Of a DNA stretch of 64,000 bases, positions 1 to 13,090 are shown in pieces. The translations under genes and the position numbers were made by a program. Numbering within the stretch: position 1 is the first letter of the stretch; every line of letters starts with the position of its first letter. The stretch lies in NCBI RefSeq assembly GCF_006345805.1, contig NC_043008.1:39246001-39310000 (forward strand). The letters run 5' to 3'. The notes beneath the pieces were generated by a model, which saw only the letters and a list, made by a program, of their open reading frames with translations, was not told the origin of the DNA and made no database searches. The DNA comes from Octopus sinensis (lineage: Eukaryota).

Positions 1-960
1 AACATTTAAAAGTAATATTGCAGCTGCGTTATAATAATAATTAAAACAGATAAAATAGATATGTTACGGGTATAGTATTCTAAAATGGAAGCTAAACTAT
101 TAAGATTACATCGAAATACAAGACATTTAATGATTGCATTTAAATACATTAATCAAAATCCAGTATACAGAGGTTAAATTTACCAAAGATACAGGAAGGT
201 AAGAATCTCGTTCACTCTGAGAACTATCACAAAGCCTACCCTATAGAACTAGAAATATGCTTCATAATAATAATAAGGGAAAAAATTATAAAAATAGATA
301 CAAAATAAGGACAAAATCCAAACAAATAATCTTCTGTGTTTAAGGAATTAAAAAAAATATACATAGAGTATTTTATAATGGCAGAGATTGAAAAAGCGAA
401 AAAATAGAAAATGTGAAAATAAAACTAACAGTGGGACTTCTGTTAGATCCATGTTGAACGTCACAGAACTATCCAAGTACAGGCACACAGCCGAAACGGA
501 ACGGTTTATGATTGCTGTGAAATGTACGCCTTCGTTTCACTCTAAATCATGAGGTCTAGTACCATTTATTTAGTAACTCCAAGATATTTATAAGTTGGTA
601 GGAAACAGCTAAACCCATTTTCATTTATCAACTAAGAACATCTCTACAGTTACTACAATCGAGTTTTCATACAGCAACCATGATATAAGCTATAAAATTT
701 GCTAATGGCAAATTATAGTATAAGTCTATACTAGCTACAGATTAATCTTAGAGGGTATTTATAAGATATGGTACAGACAAAAAATAGAAGCAAATCCATC
801 TGATGTTGTTTTCGAGGACCACAAGATAAGAAGTACATTCTACCTAAAGTATATAAAGTCCAGGAGACTATAATATATCTCAAAATAAAATGAAGAATTT
901 ATAGGAATATAACTCTGGAATTAAATATAAACAACCAGAAAGTGTAAACTGTAAACAATT
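1..960 (+). pseudogene. Ancient, heavily decayed R4/Dong-type RLE non-LTR retrotransposon (C-terminal part)
   Basis: Broken-frame peptides align by eye with the younger element at 51-53 kb: KSSIQRLNLPKIQEGKNLVHSENYHK (~170-240) vs HPKSDIERLYIQRIEGGRGLIQLENYYK; TAETERFMIAV (~490) vs KAETEGFLIAA; KIEANPSDVVFEDH (~780-820) vs EIKANRPDIVVRDH. Confidence 0.65.
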
Positions 961-1701
961 CACACAATCTACCCTGTCTGAGTTTGGTACATTCAGCTGC
1001 TGTCTCTTCAAGAAATACAGTTGCATTTTTACATGATTTTGTGGGTTACTTAGAAGCTGTATTAACTTTTCATAGTTAACTTAAGCAAACGTAGAGTTCT
1101 TGCATTCCTGGCCATTATTAAGTAAATGGCAGGAAGCTTGTAGCATTATATTTGGCTTTTGTCCAGATTCTCATTCACTTTCCTCCAATTCTTTATATTT
1201 TTAATCTCCTCCACCAAATCTTAACTTAACTCTGACCCCTCACCGCACCAGGAACACAACACAACGAGAGCCTACTCTCGGACTATATAGGGATGTGACA
1301 TGTCTCTTTGCCAATAATCTAGTCTCAGGTTCCATTTGTCAGGAAGCTTGGATTGATGTTCTCGAGCACCTTAACCAAAATAGGGGTTGAGGTATAGGGT
1401 ATTTGGACGACTGCAGACAAATTCATAGGGAAGAAACTGTGGTCGTAGGGAGAAGTCTTGGTTCGCATCAGTAAATTTTGCTGAAATGTAGTGAGCGAAC
1501 AAATTAAAAGTATAGTAAATAGACCCGCTCTGAATACGGGCCTGTATGCCCCAAGCAGTTTTTTTTTAATGCCATTGACCATGAGTTGATTACGTTGACT
1601 AACGTAAGTGATCCCTTGTTTGGCAGTGCGGGATTGTTCCTCTTTTAGGACAAATACAAAATAAATACTTAACAGAAACCTATGTATTTTGTTTTCTAAA
1701 A

Positions 1702-1934
1702 GGCGTCGAGCTGGCATAAACGTTAGCACGCCGGGCAAAATGATTAGCGGTATTTCGTCTACCGTTACGTTCTGAGTTCAAATTCCGCTGAGGTCGACTT
1801 TGCCTTTCATTCTTTCGGGGTAGATAATTTAAGTACCAGATACGCTCTTGGGTCGGTGTAATCGACTTAGCCCCTTTGTCTGTCCTTGTTAGCCCCCACT
1901 ATGTTTAGCCCCTTGTGGGTAATAAAGAAATAAG
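1702..1934 (+). mobile_element. tRNA-derived SINE, family A
   Basis: Head GGCGTCGAGCTGGCATAAACGTTAGCACG (A box) and GAGTTCAAATTCC (B box), followed by the body GAGGTCGACTTTGCCTTTCAT that recurs more than 10 times in the window. Confidence 0.9.
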
Positions 1935-2113
1935 AAACCTATTTATTTTGTTTTCCATGACTTGTATTCTATATCATATATGATGAAAAAAGATCCCCTT
2001 TTGGGAGTTTGGCTTTGTAATCCATCCTCTGTGATTCATGTTTGTGACAATCACAAAAATCATGTTATAGACGGCTAAACTGAACCACACTTTAAATTAG
2101 ATAACGAATCAAC

Positions 2114-2519
2114 GGATCTTTTCGGTTTGAACGGCAGTTTTTACTAGCGGAGTCCTATGAAATTGTCACCCATAATTATGACCCTAGTATCAATCTATTG
2201 CATTTCAATCTCTTTTGGGGTTAGGGGTGGGGAAGGGTATCTTTTTTCTTTACAAATGTAAATAAACTCAATCTGTTTCTTAAACGGGGGACATATTCAT
2301 ACGGCACAGAATGCTTTTTAACTCAATAGACTTCACTGATTGGTTGAAATTGCAGAAATTGAAGAAGAAAAAACAAATATCTTACAAACTATAGAATTTT
2401 CTCAATAAAGCCAAGAGAAAAAGATGTTTTATAAACACATTTTACCAGTATACGAAGTTTAAAATTTTTTAGTTACCTAGAAATTATGTTAAAAACTGCC
2501 ATTCAAACCGAAAAGATCC
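2114..2519. mobile_element. Merlin-like MITE, copy 1
   Basis: 29-bp TIRs GGATCTTTTCGGTTTGAACGGCAGTTTTT / AAAAACTGCCATTCAAACCGAAAAGATCC; perfect 8-bp TSD GAATCAAC (2106-2113, 2520-2527). GG-starting TIRs with 8-bp TSDs are characteristic of Merlin. Confidence 0.85.
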
Positions 2520-3459
2520 GAATCAACGAACAGCACGCTGCTTATTTATACTTTAGTACACTTCAATTATTTGTGTTGATTATGAACCTTCACTGTTCAA
2601 AACGAGTGCTCAGACCTTGATGTAACCTCGGCACAAGATTGAATTTTATTGAATTGACCCTCATAAGTTCAATCGATGAAGTCATTGTCTATAGAGGAAC
2701 ATGTAAATCTCTTGTTTATGTATAAAATATCTTCGTGAACTCAAAGCGAAGATATAAATAGCACTGCACGGATTTCACCATCGAAAGAGTAGCTCCTTTA
2801 ATTACTCCCTAAGGTAATGCAAATGAGCCTACGTTTACCAAGGTTAACCAAGTAGACAAAGATTTGCAGACAATAGTTTCTTCTTGGCTGTTAATTCATT
2901 GAATAAATTTCTGGTATGTTAACATTCTGTTTCACTGTTAGATTGTATTACAAGATATATCTTTAGATTCGTTATCTACGTCTTCTCGAATAGATACATC
3001 TTAAGTAGTGTCTAGTTACGTCTATACCGAGAATTGTTTTAACTATTTGAATGTCTAATGTTCGTAGTTTAATTATATAAAATGTCAATTGTTCGCATGA
3101 GCTGAATTATATAATACTGGTATTTGTCTTTATGAAACACCTCCAAGTACCTAACAGATCTCTTTAAAATATTTACAACCAGATATAAACGTTTAAGTAC
3201 AGAAACGGAGAAACGATTTTGGAAAATGTCTAGGAGAGCTGTGATAGAATCCTGACTAGATAGATGTATTAATTAGTCGACTGAGACAGCTGCCACTTCT
3301 CGCTTGCAATATAATCTTGATAATCAGATATACAAATAAGAAAGAAAAATTATACACAGACTATATACAATAGTTAAACATCTTGAAAGGAAATTAATCG
3401 ACATTATGAAAAGAAACTCGGCAACAACAATATAATCATAAAGTTCTTGGTAATGCAAA

Positions 3460-3460
<1 letters not shown>

Positions 3461-3492
<32 letters not shown>

Positions 3493-3567
3493 GCTGCTGC
3501 TGCTACTGACTATTATTACTCCTGCTATTGCTACTATTACTACTATTGCTGCTTCTACTACTGCTGT

Positions 3568-3630
<63 letters not shown>
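3461..3630. repeat. (TAC)n/(TGC)n compound microsatellite
   Basis: Direct reading. Confidence 0.97.
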
Positions 3631-3632
<2 letters not shown>

Positions 3633-3639
3633 TCTGAGA

Positions 3640-4197
3640 ATGTGTACTGACATTGCAGTCCTTTCTGATCAAAATATTGGCCAAAAAGAAGTGAAGAAAT
3701 CGTCTAAGTACAAAGATCTCGAAATAGAAATAAACAAGATGTAGGGCACGAAGGTGGAATCAACCCCGGTAATAGCAGGATGATTGAGTATGATACGAAC
3801 AAAAACGTGGAAGCTATACCTGGGCCCTCAACACTACACGTTATACAAAAATATAGTCCTGCTAGGAACAACCCACATCCTACGCAAGACACTATCAATT
3901 CAATAATACAACCCAATTAAAATAATCCACAAATACTAGACACTCTCTATACAGTAAACATGCAATCAAAGAGAAGACCACAACTCGCATTACTCACACA
4001 AAACACATTAGACATACAAATACAATAAGAGACTCATGTGAAAGCCCATAAAAAGAGAACCGGGTGCAATAGAATACCGGGGAGAATTTGTACTCAGCTG
4101 CGGAAACAATAGAAACAGGCGCACGCGATGTTCGTCACACCTCAGCAGCACAGAGGTGTAAGAGCTGATGCAGTGTAAATTTGCCTGAAACTACCAA
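3640..4197 (+). mobile_element. 5'-truncated R4/Dong-type LINE: RLE domain end, 3' UTR and (AAT)n tail
   Basis: DIAVLSDQNIGQKEVKKSSKYKDLEIEINKM*...IVLLGTTHILRKTLSIQ* matches the C-terminus of the 49-53 kb element; followed by (AAT)n at 4198-4420. Confidence 0.85.
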
Positions 4198-4221
4198 ATA
4201 ATAATAATAATAATAATAATA

Positions 4222-4254
<33 letters not shown>

Positions 4255-4290
4255 TAGTGCAGTGAAAGCAGATAGAAATAAGACTACTTG

Positions 4291-4344
<54 letters not shown>

Positions 4345-4359
4345 GTAGTAGTAGTAGTA

Positions 4360-4422
<63 letters not shown>

Positions 4423-4749
4423 GTTTTTGTCCACAAAGGTAAAATTAGGACAATTCAAAGACACCAGTGAGAAGTTGTACAAAGAACGTTTAAACAATTT
4501 ATAGAGTAACACGTAAAATTTTGAGCCAAAATTTCCAAAATAACAATGCTATTACAGATAATGATAATGATATCAACAATATTAATGGTTTTCTTCTAAT
4601 TGAGACTCAAGATCAAGCGTTTAAAAAAGTAATGGAAGTCAGTACTATTTGACTCGAGTACTTGACTCAATTCAGTGACCCTGAGTTGCTATGTTGTTCT
4701 GATTTCTTTCCTACTATTTTGAGTTCTCTCCCTATTTCAGATGATAACG

Positions 4750-5450
4750 CTCTCATGCGCCGTGAGAAGAGTGGTGTTTAGTTATATCACACGATGTGCG
4801 ATGGTGTGTGAGGTCGCCGGTTTTATATGTTTCTGATCGATAATGAAGGTAGGCTCTGAGAATTGGAACGAAGTTGACTATGTGTTTCCGGAAAGTAAAT
4901 GAAACAGAACTGAACACAGTGGGTTAAGGTTATTTCTTTGAATTATCGTAATCATTAGACAGGTTGGTGGAGGCTTCATGAAGTCTGTCCAGATACTTAC
5001 CTGAAGGAGCATTTATATAAACACATGAATTTTGTTTATGCTAGTTATTGAAGAATGGATGTTGTCTCTGTCTTCGTAGGACTCCGGGGCTTACGAAAAC
5101 AGTTTTTCTAAACTATTCTAGGTGGAAGATTGCCGAAAAGAGAAGAGCGGTGACGGAATTCCAGATGGAATTTTTCTAAAAGCAAAAGAACGTATTGTAG
5201 TGATTAACGAAAACCCTGGCAAGTTGGACATGAATGAAAGAATGAAGTAAAGACGAGCGTTTTGCGGGTGGTGGGTGAGAAATGTTTACCTAATACTACA
5301 CAAATCCCACCTTGCTTCTCTTTAGAAATCTTGTCGAATTGCCAAAAGCAATGAGAAATATATAGCGTGTTATATAAATGGGATATTTTGGGCTAGAATT
5401 TGCTTTATCAAAGGTGTTCTTGACCGGGTCAAACGTAGGAATAAACGACG
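4750..5450 (-). pseudogene. Possible very decayed Penelope-like reverse transcriptase fragment
   Basis: Minus-strand fragments HPQNARLYFIL..NLPG, SYEDRDN and SCVYINAP loosely follow the order of the Penelope RT motifs PxTARFYLLPK..PG, SYIKDT and SLYTNIP. All frames contain stops. Confidence 0.25.
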
Positions 5451-5869
5451 GTATTTAAGATACATATATTACATCGACCATTTAATTTCATCACTTTCTA
5501 TTGCAGACATGAAGTATATATATTCCATTGCTTTCCATCACAGTATTGTAGAGTGCATTGAGGTAACTTAGAATGCAGTACATTACAATGGAAAACAATA
5601 GAGATGCAGATTAATAGTTTGGTGTGTTGTTTTGTTTTTGTTTTCTGTTTTCCACACATGCAACTGTACGTAGTTTTGAAACTGAAAGACAATATGCTGG
5701 AAACATACAATAGTTTCGAACAGATTCACCGAAAGCAAAGAATACTGATAAACAAACGGAGAATTAAAGTGCCCGTATGTAGAATGGTGTTTCTTTGAGA
5801 ATTTGAAGTAAGGTTTATTAACAATGGCTTATCAATTCAGAAAATAGCAAAGAAATTTTATAAAAATAT

Positions 5870-5872
<3 letters not shown>

Positions 5873-5913
<41 letters not shown>

Positions 5914-6140
5914 CACACGCGCGCACACACATACACACACACACACATACACACACACACACATACATACACACACACACGCACACACACACACGCACAC
6001 ACACACACACACACGCACGCACGCAAGCACACACACACACACACACGCACGCACGCAAGCACACACAACACACACACACACAGACACACACATACACACA
6101 CACAACCACTCGCAAGCACACACACACACACATACACATA
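5873..6140. repeat. (CA)n/(CACG)n microsatellite
   Basis: Direct reading; source of the spurious CVCV ORFs. Confidence 0.97.
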
Positions 6141-6397
6141 AGACGCGAAAATAAGCAAATGTATAATTAAATAACATTTAATAAATAACTACGGAATTGT
6201 CTTAAATGAATGGTATCAATACTATACTGTTTTCTGATATTCACATCTTCACTTTCTAGCTCTTTGAAAATTATTATTATTATTATTATTATTATTATCA
6301 TTATTATAAAAGAAATCATCATCATCATCATCATCATCGTCGTCGTCGTCGTCATCGTTGTCGTTGTCTTCGTCATCACCATCATGACTACTACTAC

Positions 6398-6429
<32 letters not shown>

Positions 6430-7669
6430 TATTGCTGTCGATATTTGTTCCTCATGAAGTTGTGCAATTCCATCCATAAGTATGAACCCACCACTGGCAC
6501 CATCCATTTTGTTCATCTCCTAATTCTCGTTGTTGTTGCTGTCGTGGTGGTTGGCGCTGCTCTTTGTGAAGATATTTTCATGTTGTTGTTGCTATCGCTG
6601 TAGCTGTTGTTGTTGTTGTTATTGTTGTTATTGTTGTTGTACTGTTGATATTTATTTTCATATTTTTGTTGCAGTTCTTGCTGTTGCTGTTCTTGCTGTT
6701 GTTGTTGCTGTTGTTGTTGTTGATAATATCGTTAGTTTTATTTAATTGGTTTTGTCGCTGTCGTAGTAAGTTGGTTGTTGCTGTTTTACGTTCATTTAGC
6801 TTCTGACTTTGTTCACGAAATTACTATTGTCGTTGTTGTTGTTGTTGCCAAACGATATTTATGTTGTTGTTGTTGTTGTTGTTGTTGTTGCTGTTATTGT
6901 TGTTGTTTATCTTCTTCACTAATATATCGTTGCATTAACCGTTGCCGTTGTGTTGCTTCTTAAATGTTTAACGTCTGGAAACGTGTTGTAAACAAAAGGT
7001 AATTAAGAATTTCGTTGTGAATTAGGTGTACATTTTCCAGTACATTATTGTTTACTTGTAAATAACTGCAGGTGAGAGCAAAATTAATAAATAAATAAAT
7101 AAAAAGGATTACTTCACAGAAAATTATAAATCCGATTTACAACAATTCATTTTTTTAAAAATTCAATTATATGTTGCAAATACGGATAATTAACTGTTTG
7201 TAGGAATGGCTGATGGACACGGTGGTTATGGTGCCAGACTGCTAACTCTTGGGTCGCAATTTCTTATTCCATCACACATAGATGCGTTGTCGTTTCTTGG
7301 GTTATTTATTTAACATCAAGATAATAAAGTCTTCTTGGAAATAAGTATTTACTGAAATATTACTATAGTACAGCATGGCTGAATGATTAAGATGTTTGCT
7401 GTGCAAAGGTTCAAGTCCTATTTCTGATTCTGTGGTTTCGCATGTTGCATCTTGGAAAATGTTCTTATTTGTACTTCTTCAAAAAAAAGAGCATACTTAG
7501 TGAGTGAAATTTGGGAAACGAAAAGAGTTGCGTGAATAATGTGTAATTCAAAGGTCCAGCCTTTTCACACTGCATCATGCTCATCCCGCTTTTGAATCAC
7601 ATTAAAGGTACACATTTCTCTGGAATAATCAGCAAGTTACATGCTAATACATAAACCCTGTAGTTTATT

Positions 7670-8060
7670 TCATCGAGCTCTATTTAATTTATTTAAACAG
7701 AAGAATGTTAAGATTAACACATTTTCCGTTAGCTTGTGGTGTTTTGAGTTACAATAATCTTGTTCGTTTATAAAGCGTGGGCAGTAATTTTCAGTCCCTG
7801 CTCTGCGTTTAGAAAGTGTTACATGGGTTATACGGTTTCTTCGGGTACCTTTATAAATAGCCAAACCGGAGTATAATGGAGAAATTGCTTTGAAAATAAG
7901 GTACCATTGAAATGTGAATACACACGGAATAACGGGAGTTTCACGTAAATCGGTACACGGATTCCAGAGATACACGTATTTTTTTCCGTTACCTTGAACT
8001 ATTGGTGACCAAATGGGTCGCGGGTAATATGATTTTGGCATGGAAGTGATTCGTCGACTT
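7670..8060 (-). CDS. Candidate terminal exon encoding a mannose-6-phosphate-receptor-homology (MRH/CIMR)-like domain
   Basis: Acceptor ...ccacatctacag| at 8061; about 130 stop-free codons including GNGKKYVYLWNPCTDL, AIYKGTRRNRITHVTL and PRFINEQ, resembling MRH motifs (G.Y.Y.YNPC; Y..G...R.T.V.L; F..E). The stop TGA is immediately followed by AATAAA. Confidence 0.4.
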
Positions 8061-10269
8061 CTGTAGATGTGGAACATGAAGATATTGCAGTATATGTTTA
8101 CTTCAGGTACGAATGGATAAGATGGTTAAAATATACATGCATAAAAGACCAAGTTTCATTCGATTCATTATTTTCTGACTTTCGATGAAAATATAGCAGT
8201 AGCGTTGTAAGAGGAACCGCTTGAAAGAAACTATATTATATCAGAGTATTTGATCCAAAGGATCTTATATACACAGTAGATAAGCGTAAACACAGAGATG
8301 ATAAAAACCATTGAAATAATTCAACAAATATACCGTCTTAAATGATTATGTAGAAGCCATCAAACTGAATCTCATCACATTATTGTCCTAAAATTTCTGA
8401 ATGTCTGCGGTTATTCCACCGCATTTTCATGTTTATCCCTTTTATTTCCAATTGAACAGACATTTTGTGATGACAGAAGACCTAAACAATAATTTAACTT
8501 GAAGTTAGTCAAGCAACGCCATATACTTAATAGAATTCAATGTTTCAAGAAGGTGAAGCTTCCCGAAGGTTGAACAACAGAAATGCATATACCAATGTAA
8601 TGTAAGGAAGAACGTAGTTAGACAATACTTTCAACTGCTACTGAATAAAAGAAATACCCGTAATTCCTCAAGGTACCGATTTTCAAATAAAAGAGCTGGA
8701 CCAGAGAGCTCAAAAAATACTCTAAGAAATAGTTATTTCACATCACAGTATATTTCGTTTTGTGTTTGCTCCATACTAATAAGATCACTTAATCTGACAG
8801 GGTTCGCGAAAGCTGTAATGGTTGTCTTTTATCGCTATAATTTGAATATATAAAGAGAATGCAGATACACCATAGAATCAATTGCAAAATTGATGATATG
8901 TAAAAAAAAAAAAAATCTAATATTCTTTGTTTTTTTCTTTTTGGTTTTATATTTGCTGAGATCAAAAATGGTAATGCTGTATTCATTTGTTTCTTTCAGC
9001 TTCAGAGAACTTTATCAAGTCAATCTTTTGGATTTTAATAGAAAACCTATTCTACTTACACAAATAGTGATAGAATATTATGGAATAAAATATGGAAGGA
9101 GAGAAATTATATTTTTAAACTTTAAGATGGTAGACATCCATGTTGTATATATGTATATGAAGGTTATGTGTGTATTTCTGAGTGCGTGTGTGTGTGTTGT
9201 GTGTTTGTGTAAGCTTATCTATATAATGATATATATATATATATATATAAATATATATATATGTGTGTGTGTGTGTATCTATCTATATATATGTATACAC
9301 ACACACATATATATGTACATAAATATGAATATATATAAGTATATGTAAATGTATGTACATATATACATTTATATATTCTCATAGATAAACACTTATATAT
9401 GTTGTACAGAATACACATATATACATATATGTATGTGGCTATGTATATGCGCATATATTTACACATGTATACATATACATGTATGTCTATCTCTATATTT
9501 AAAGATCCATACACACGAGACTATAAACTCAGTTGCACATACGAACTTGCATATGAACACAAAACACGCTCACACAGACTTACATACAACCCCACATAAA
9601 CACACATTTTCTGTGTCTGTCTCTCTCTCTCACACACAGGCACATACACATACACACACGTACACACACGCACACACTCATACATATTGAGATATGGTCA
9701 TTTAAAATTCTAGCAACATATTGTTATTTGAACAAAGTTAGAAAATACCACAGTACAAACAAACATATTTGAACAAATTCCATTACTGGCTGGCATTTAC
9801 CGCCATGTTTGGACTGAGTATGACTTCAGGCTGAATCTATTTGCATATAAAATCAATCTAGAATTTATTCCACCATATTGCTTCCGGTTGATATATTCGA
9901 AGTATTTTTGATTTTAGTAGCTGTAGTTAGGTCAATAATTCAACATGTTTTATAGCCAGGATTGTAAAGTAAGCAACTATTATGCCCGAAGGTAAGTTAA
10001 GTCTGCGAACTGGTTCCGCTTCCTGAATTAAGCCAATTAATATATGCGCTCTGGGAAATAAATGCATAAAAGCCACAATATATCTAGTTTCACCCATCGA
10101 CCGCCTCGTTTAAAATCTACATTGCTTGGTTGACAAGATACAAAACTTACAATGCTTAGGTTTCGTAGTGTTTCAATATCAGGCGTATTCCGTCGTTATA
10201 CTCTCCGTGATTTAGTAGCATCTTCTGTTATATGTTTCTGTTATTGGTCTACGGTCACGTTTGAGTATG

Positions 10270-10590
10270 ACTTGAAGTATTTAGTCAAATGAATCAACTC
10301 CAGCACATGCAATTTAAGCTTTGATCTTATTCTATCGGTGTCTTTTGCCGAAGGGCGCTGTGAGGGAAACGTAGTGAGGAAACGCCGGATGTCATATGGT
10401 GGTGGAGAGGGTGAATCACAAATACAGAGGCCGATACACATATACCATGGGCTTCTATGAACTTTCTGTTTACCTAATTCACTCACTAGGCACTGGTCAG
10501 CTCAGGGTTATGGCAGAAGTTACTGGTTGGTAATGCTCTGCGTAGTAGGACTTAACCGGGAATCAAGTTGCTGACCACACATACCCTTAA
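10270..10590 (-). mobile_element. Degenerate tRNA-derived SINE, family B
   Basis: Reverse complement of family-B tail (TTCGGCAAAAGACACCGATAGAATAAG) and decayed head segments. Confidence 0.6.
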
Positions 10591-10606
10591 AATCTAAGTA
10601 TATTGA

Positions 10607-10690
10607 AGGCAGCGAGATGGCAGAATCGTTAGCACTCCAGGTAAAATGCTTAGCGACATTTAGTCTGCCTTTACGTTCTGAGTTCAATTA
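10607..10690 (+). mobile_element. SINE family A 5' fragment
   Basis: GGCAGCGAGATGGCAGAATCGTTAGCAC...GTTCTGAGTTCAA. Confidence 0.75.
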
Positions 10691-10811
10691 GCTTTGAAAT
10701 GAGTGGGTATTAACAAAAAAATTTGAAAGACATATTAAATTTAAGTGAATGAAAACTATTTAGTTTTTTGAATATTGTATGCGATGTGTGTGTTTGTACT
10801 ATTGTGTGTTT

Positions 10812-10930
10812 CATCGGCTGTGTGGTAAGAACTTTGCGTCTCAATAATATGGTTCCAGGTTCAGTCCGACTACGTGGCACCTAGGGCAAGTGTTTTGTTG
10901 CCATCGCTCCTGTGAGTGAATTCGGTAGAT
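10812..10930 (+). mobile_element. SINE family B 5' fragment
   Basis: GGCTGTGTGGTAAG...GGTTCAGTCC...GGCACCTAGGGCAAGTG. Confidence 0.7.
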
Positions 10931-11113
10931 AGTACTCCTTCAGCAAAATTGGGTATTGAACTGTGGAGCCAGTGAAAGAATGGATGTTTTTCATCCGTAC
11001 TTTCATATACATACATACATACATACACAGACATACATATATATATATATGTGTATATATATATAATATATATATATATATAATATATATATAATATGTG
11101 TGTGTTGTGTGTG

Positions 11114-11145
<32 letters not shown>

Positions 11146-11382
11146 GCACACTTTATTTATAAAGCTGCAAAGACATCACAAAAACTGCTACTCAGAGTTT
11201 CACGTTCCCGCTCGTCGGACAATAAATTGTTAGCTGCGGGAGCTAACCCTTACCACCCCCTAACAGGTACCAGGATTGCGAAATTAACTCAGTCTCGAAC
11301 CATTTGGGCCTTCCTCAGTCGCAACACACCTGTACGACGAAGCGATAGCCAGAATCTGCTAATGCTAACAATATATATATAA

Positions 11383-12181
11383 CTAGCAGCATAGCCCGGC
11401 GTTGCCCGGGTATGTAAGAGCCCCTAGTAGGCAACGACTAATCCCAATCTAGTCCTTTCCCTCTAGGGAACGAAGGTGCATGTGTAGGTTGCAATGTTTT
11501 CTCTTCACTCCCAAATGACTATCAAACAGCTATCGATAATTCAACCCAACCAATTCCTATCAGGAAGAAATTACATTCGAGACTTTACCCCCAACACCGC
11601 CACTTCTGCTAATAGCTGCTGCAGCCGCAAGTTATTCGAATACTTTTTTTGTTTACACTTTCTTTATAACTACCACCCCAAACGTTTTACCTTAAATTTT
11701 TGACATACCCTAGGGTCCTCGGACGCTACTTGCAACTCTTGGTTTATATAAAACCGCTTTTGTCGTGTGCACCAAAAAAAACCTTTTCCATTCGTTTGTT
11801 CAGTTTGGTCACTTTGACTTTTTTGTTGTCACTCACATTGTTGCCCCTTTTTGCCGTTTTTGTACATTTTATACATTTTGGGATACTTACCCCACGTGTT
11901 CCGAGAGTTAAAAAGGTCGAGTTGCGTCCCTTAGACAGTCTGTAGAAAAGTGTTGCATATAAAAAGCTTAGATTCTCGACCCATGTCGAATCTATCGATT
12001 TTTTTTCAGAACTGGGGGAACTTTTCAAAATTTTCGCTGCGTTAGTTTTGAATTATGACATTGGGCTATGTGTGTGTCAAGTTTCATCAGAATCGGTTGA
12101 AAGCCGTGGTCAGGGTGAGGGTACAACCTGACAGACACACAGACACACAGACAGACAAACTGCCGTTTATATATAGAGAGA
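11383..12181 (-). mobile_element. Non-autonomous Helitron, copy 1
   Basis: Minus strand starts A|TCTCTCTATATATAAACGGCAGTTTG with a (TCTG)-type microsatellite and ends with the hairpin CCCGGGCAACGCCGGG then CTAG|T. No TSD; inserted between A and T. Both ends are shared with 35382-36331. Confidence 0.88.
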
Positions 12182-12712
12182 TATCCATATGTGTATATCT
12201 GTACATGTATCAGTATGTGTGTATGTGTGTGTGTGCTTGTGTGTGCATTACGTAGTTGATCTGCCATGTTTCTCTATTACAATAGCATCGTATTATAAAT
12301 CTTGCATTTTAATGGTGCTTTAAAGATCCATTATGTTATAAGTCTAAAACTCCGTTGGAACCTAATGAAACAAAATGTACCCCAACGCAAGCCTACTTCC
12401 TTAACATCGAATCGTTTCTGAGAAATGTGAATATGCGCGAAAGCAGTGATGCCAGTTAATATATATAGAACTCTGTTTTATCGGCCATGTACAGAATCGA
12501 AAAGCGATTCAATAACGTACTACGTCCCAAAATATACCATTTAAATCAGTATAATTTTGAATGGGAAATAAAACAAGATACAGCAATTTTGAAACGACAG
12601 CTAATGGACACTTTGATCAAACGGTAAATCTTCGTGAGGATCCTATGAGATTTCAGCTACCAGTTTAGTTGTAAGAAAGCAGGTATCTTAACACATTCAG
12701 ATATTTTCTTTT

Positions 12713-13090
12713 GGGAAGACCGTTCTTACGATACAAGGATGTTTGTAAAAGGGACATGAAGGCTTGCGACATCAATATTAGCAACTGGGAAGCAGTTGCC
12801 AGCAACCGTGGAAATTGGCGACGTACCTTAAAAGAGGGAACACAAAGGAGTGATAGAGGGAGAGAGGAGAAATGGAGAGACAAGAAAAGACGTCAACAAA
12901 AAAACTATGACATTACAACCAGCCAGGCAAAGTCTTCGCTACATTTGCAGCACCTGCCAGAGGGAGTGTTTGTCCAGGATAGGACTACACAGGGTCAGCA
13001 GGAGATGTATTAGGACATGAAATGTAATAGCCGGACTAGATTATTCTATGCGCAAATCCATTGTCTCCCGAGACAAAAAGGATGCCAACA
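12713..13090 (+). mobile_element. RTE-clade LINE 3' fragment
   Basis: GRPFLRYKDVCKRDMKACDINISNWEAVASNRGNWR followed, after a frameshift, by the RTE-type C-terminal zinc motif YICSTCQRECLSRIGLH..RRC and a short 3' UTR. Confidence 0.85.

Noticed and set aside
1090-1180. KAKYNATSFLP resembling the P4-ATPase N-terminal motif
   Set aside because: Immediately followed by stops with no further similarity; likely chance.
5001-5175. Strong minus-strand acceptor (5176) and donor CAG|GTAAGTA (5001) suggesting a 175-bp exon
   Set aside because: All three frames contain stops; the region looks more like decayed retroelement.
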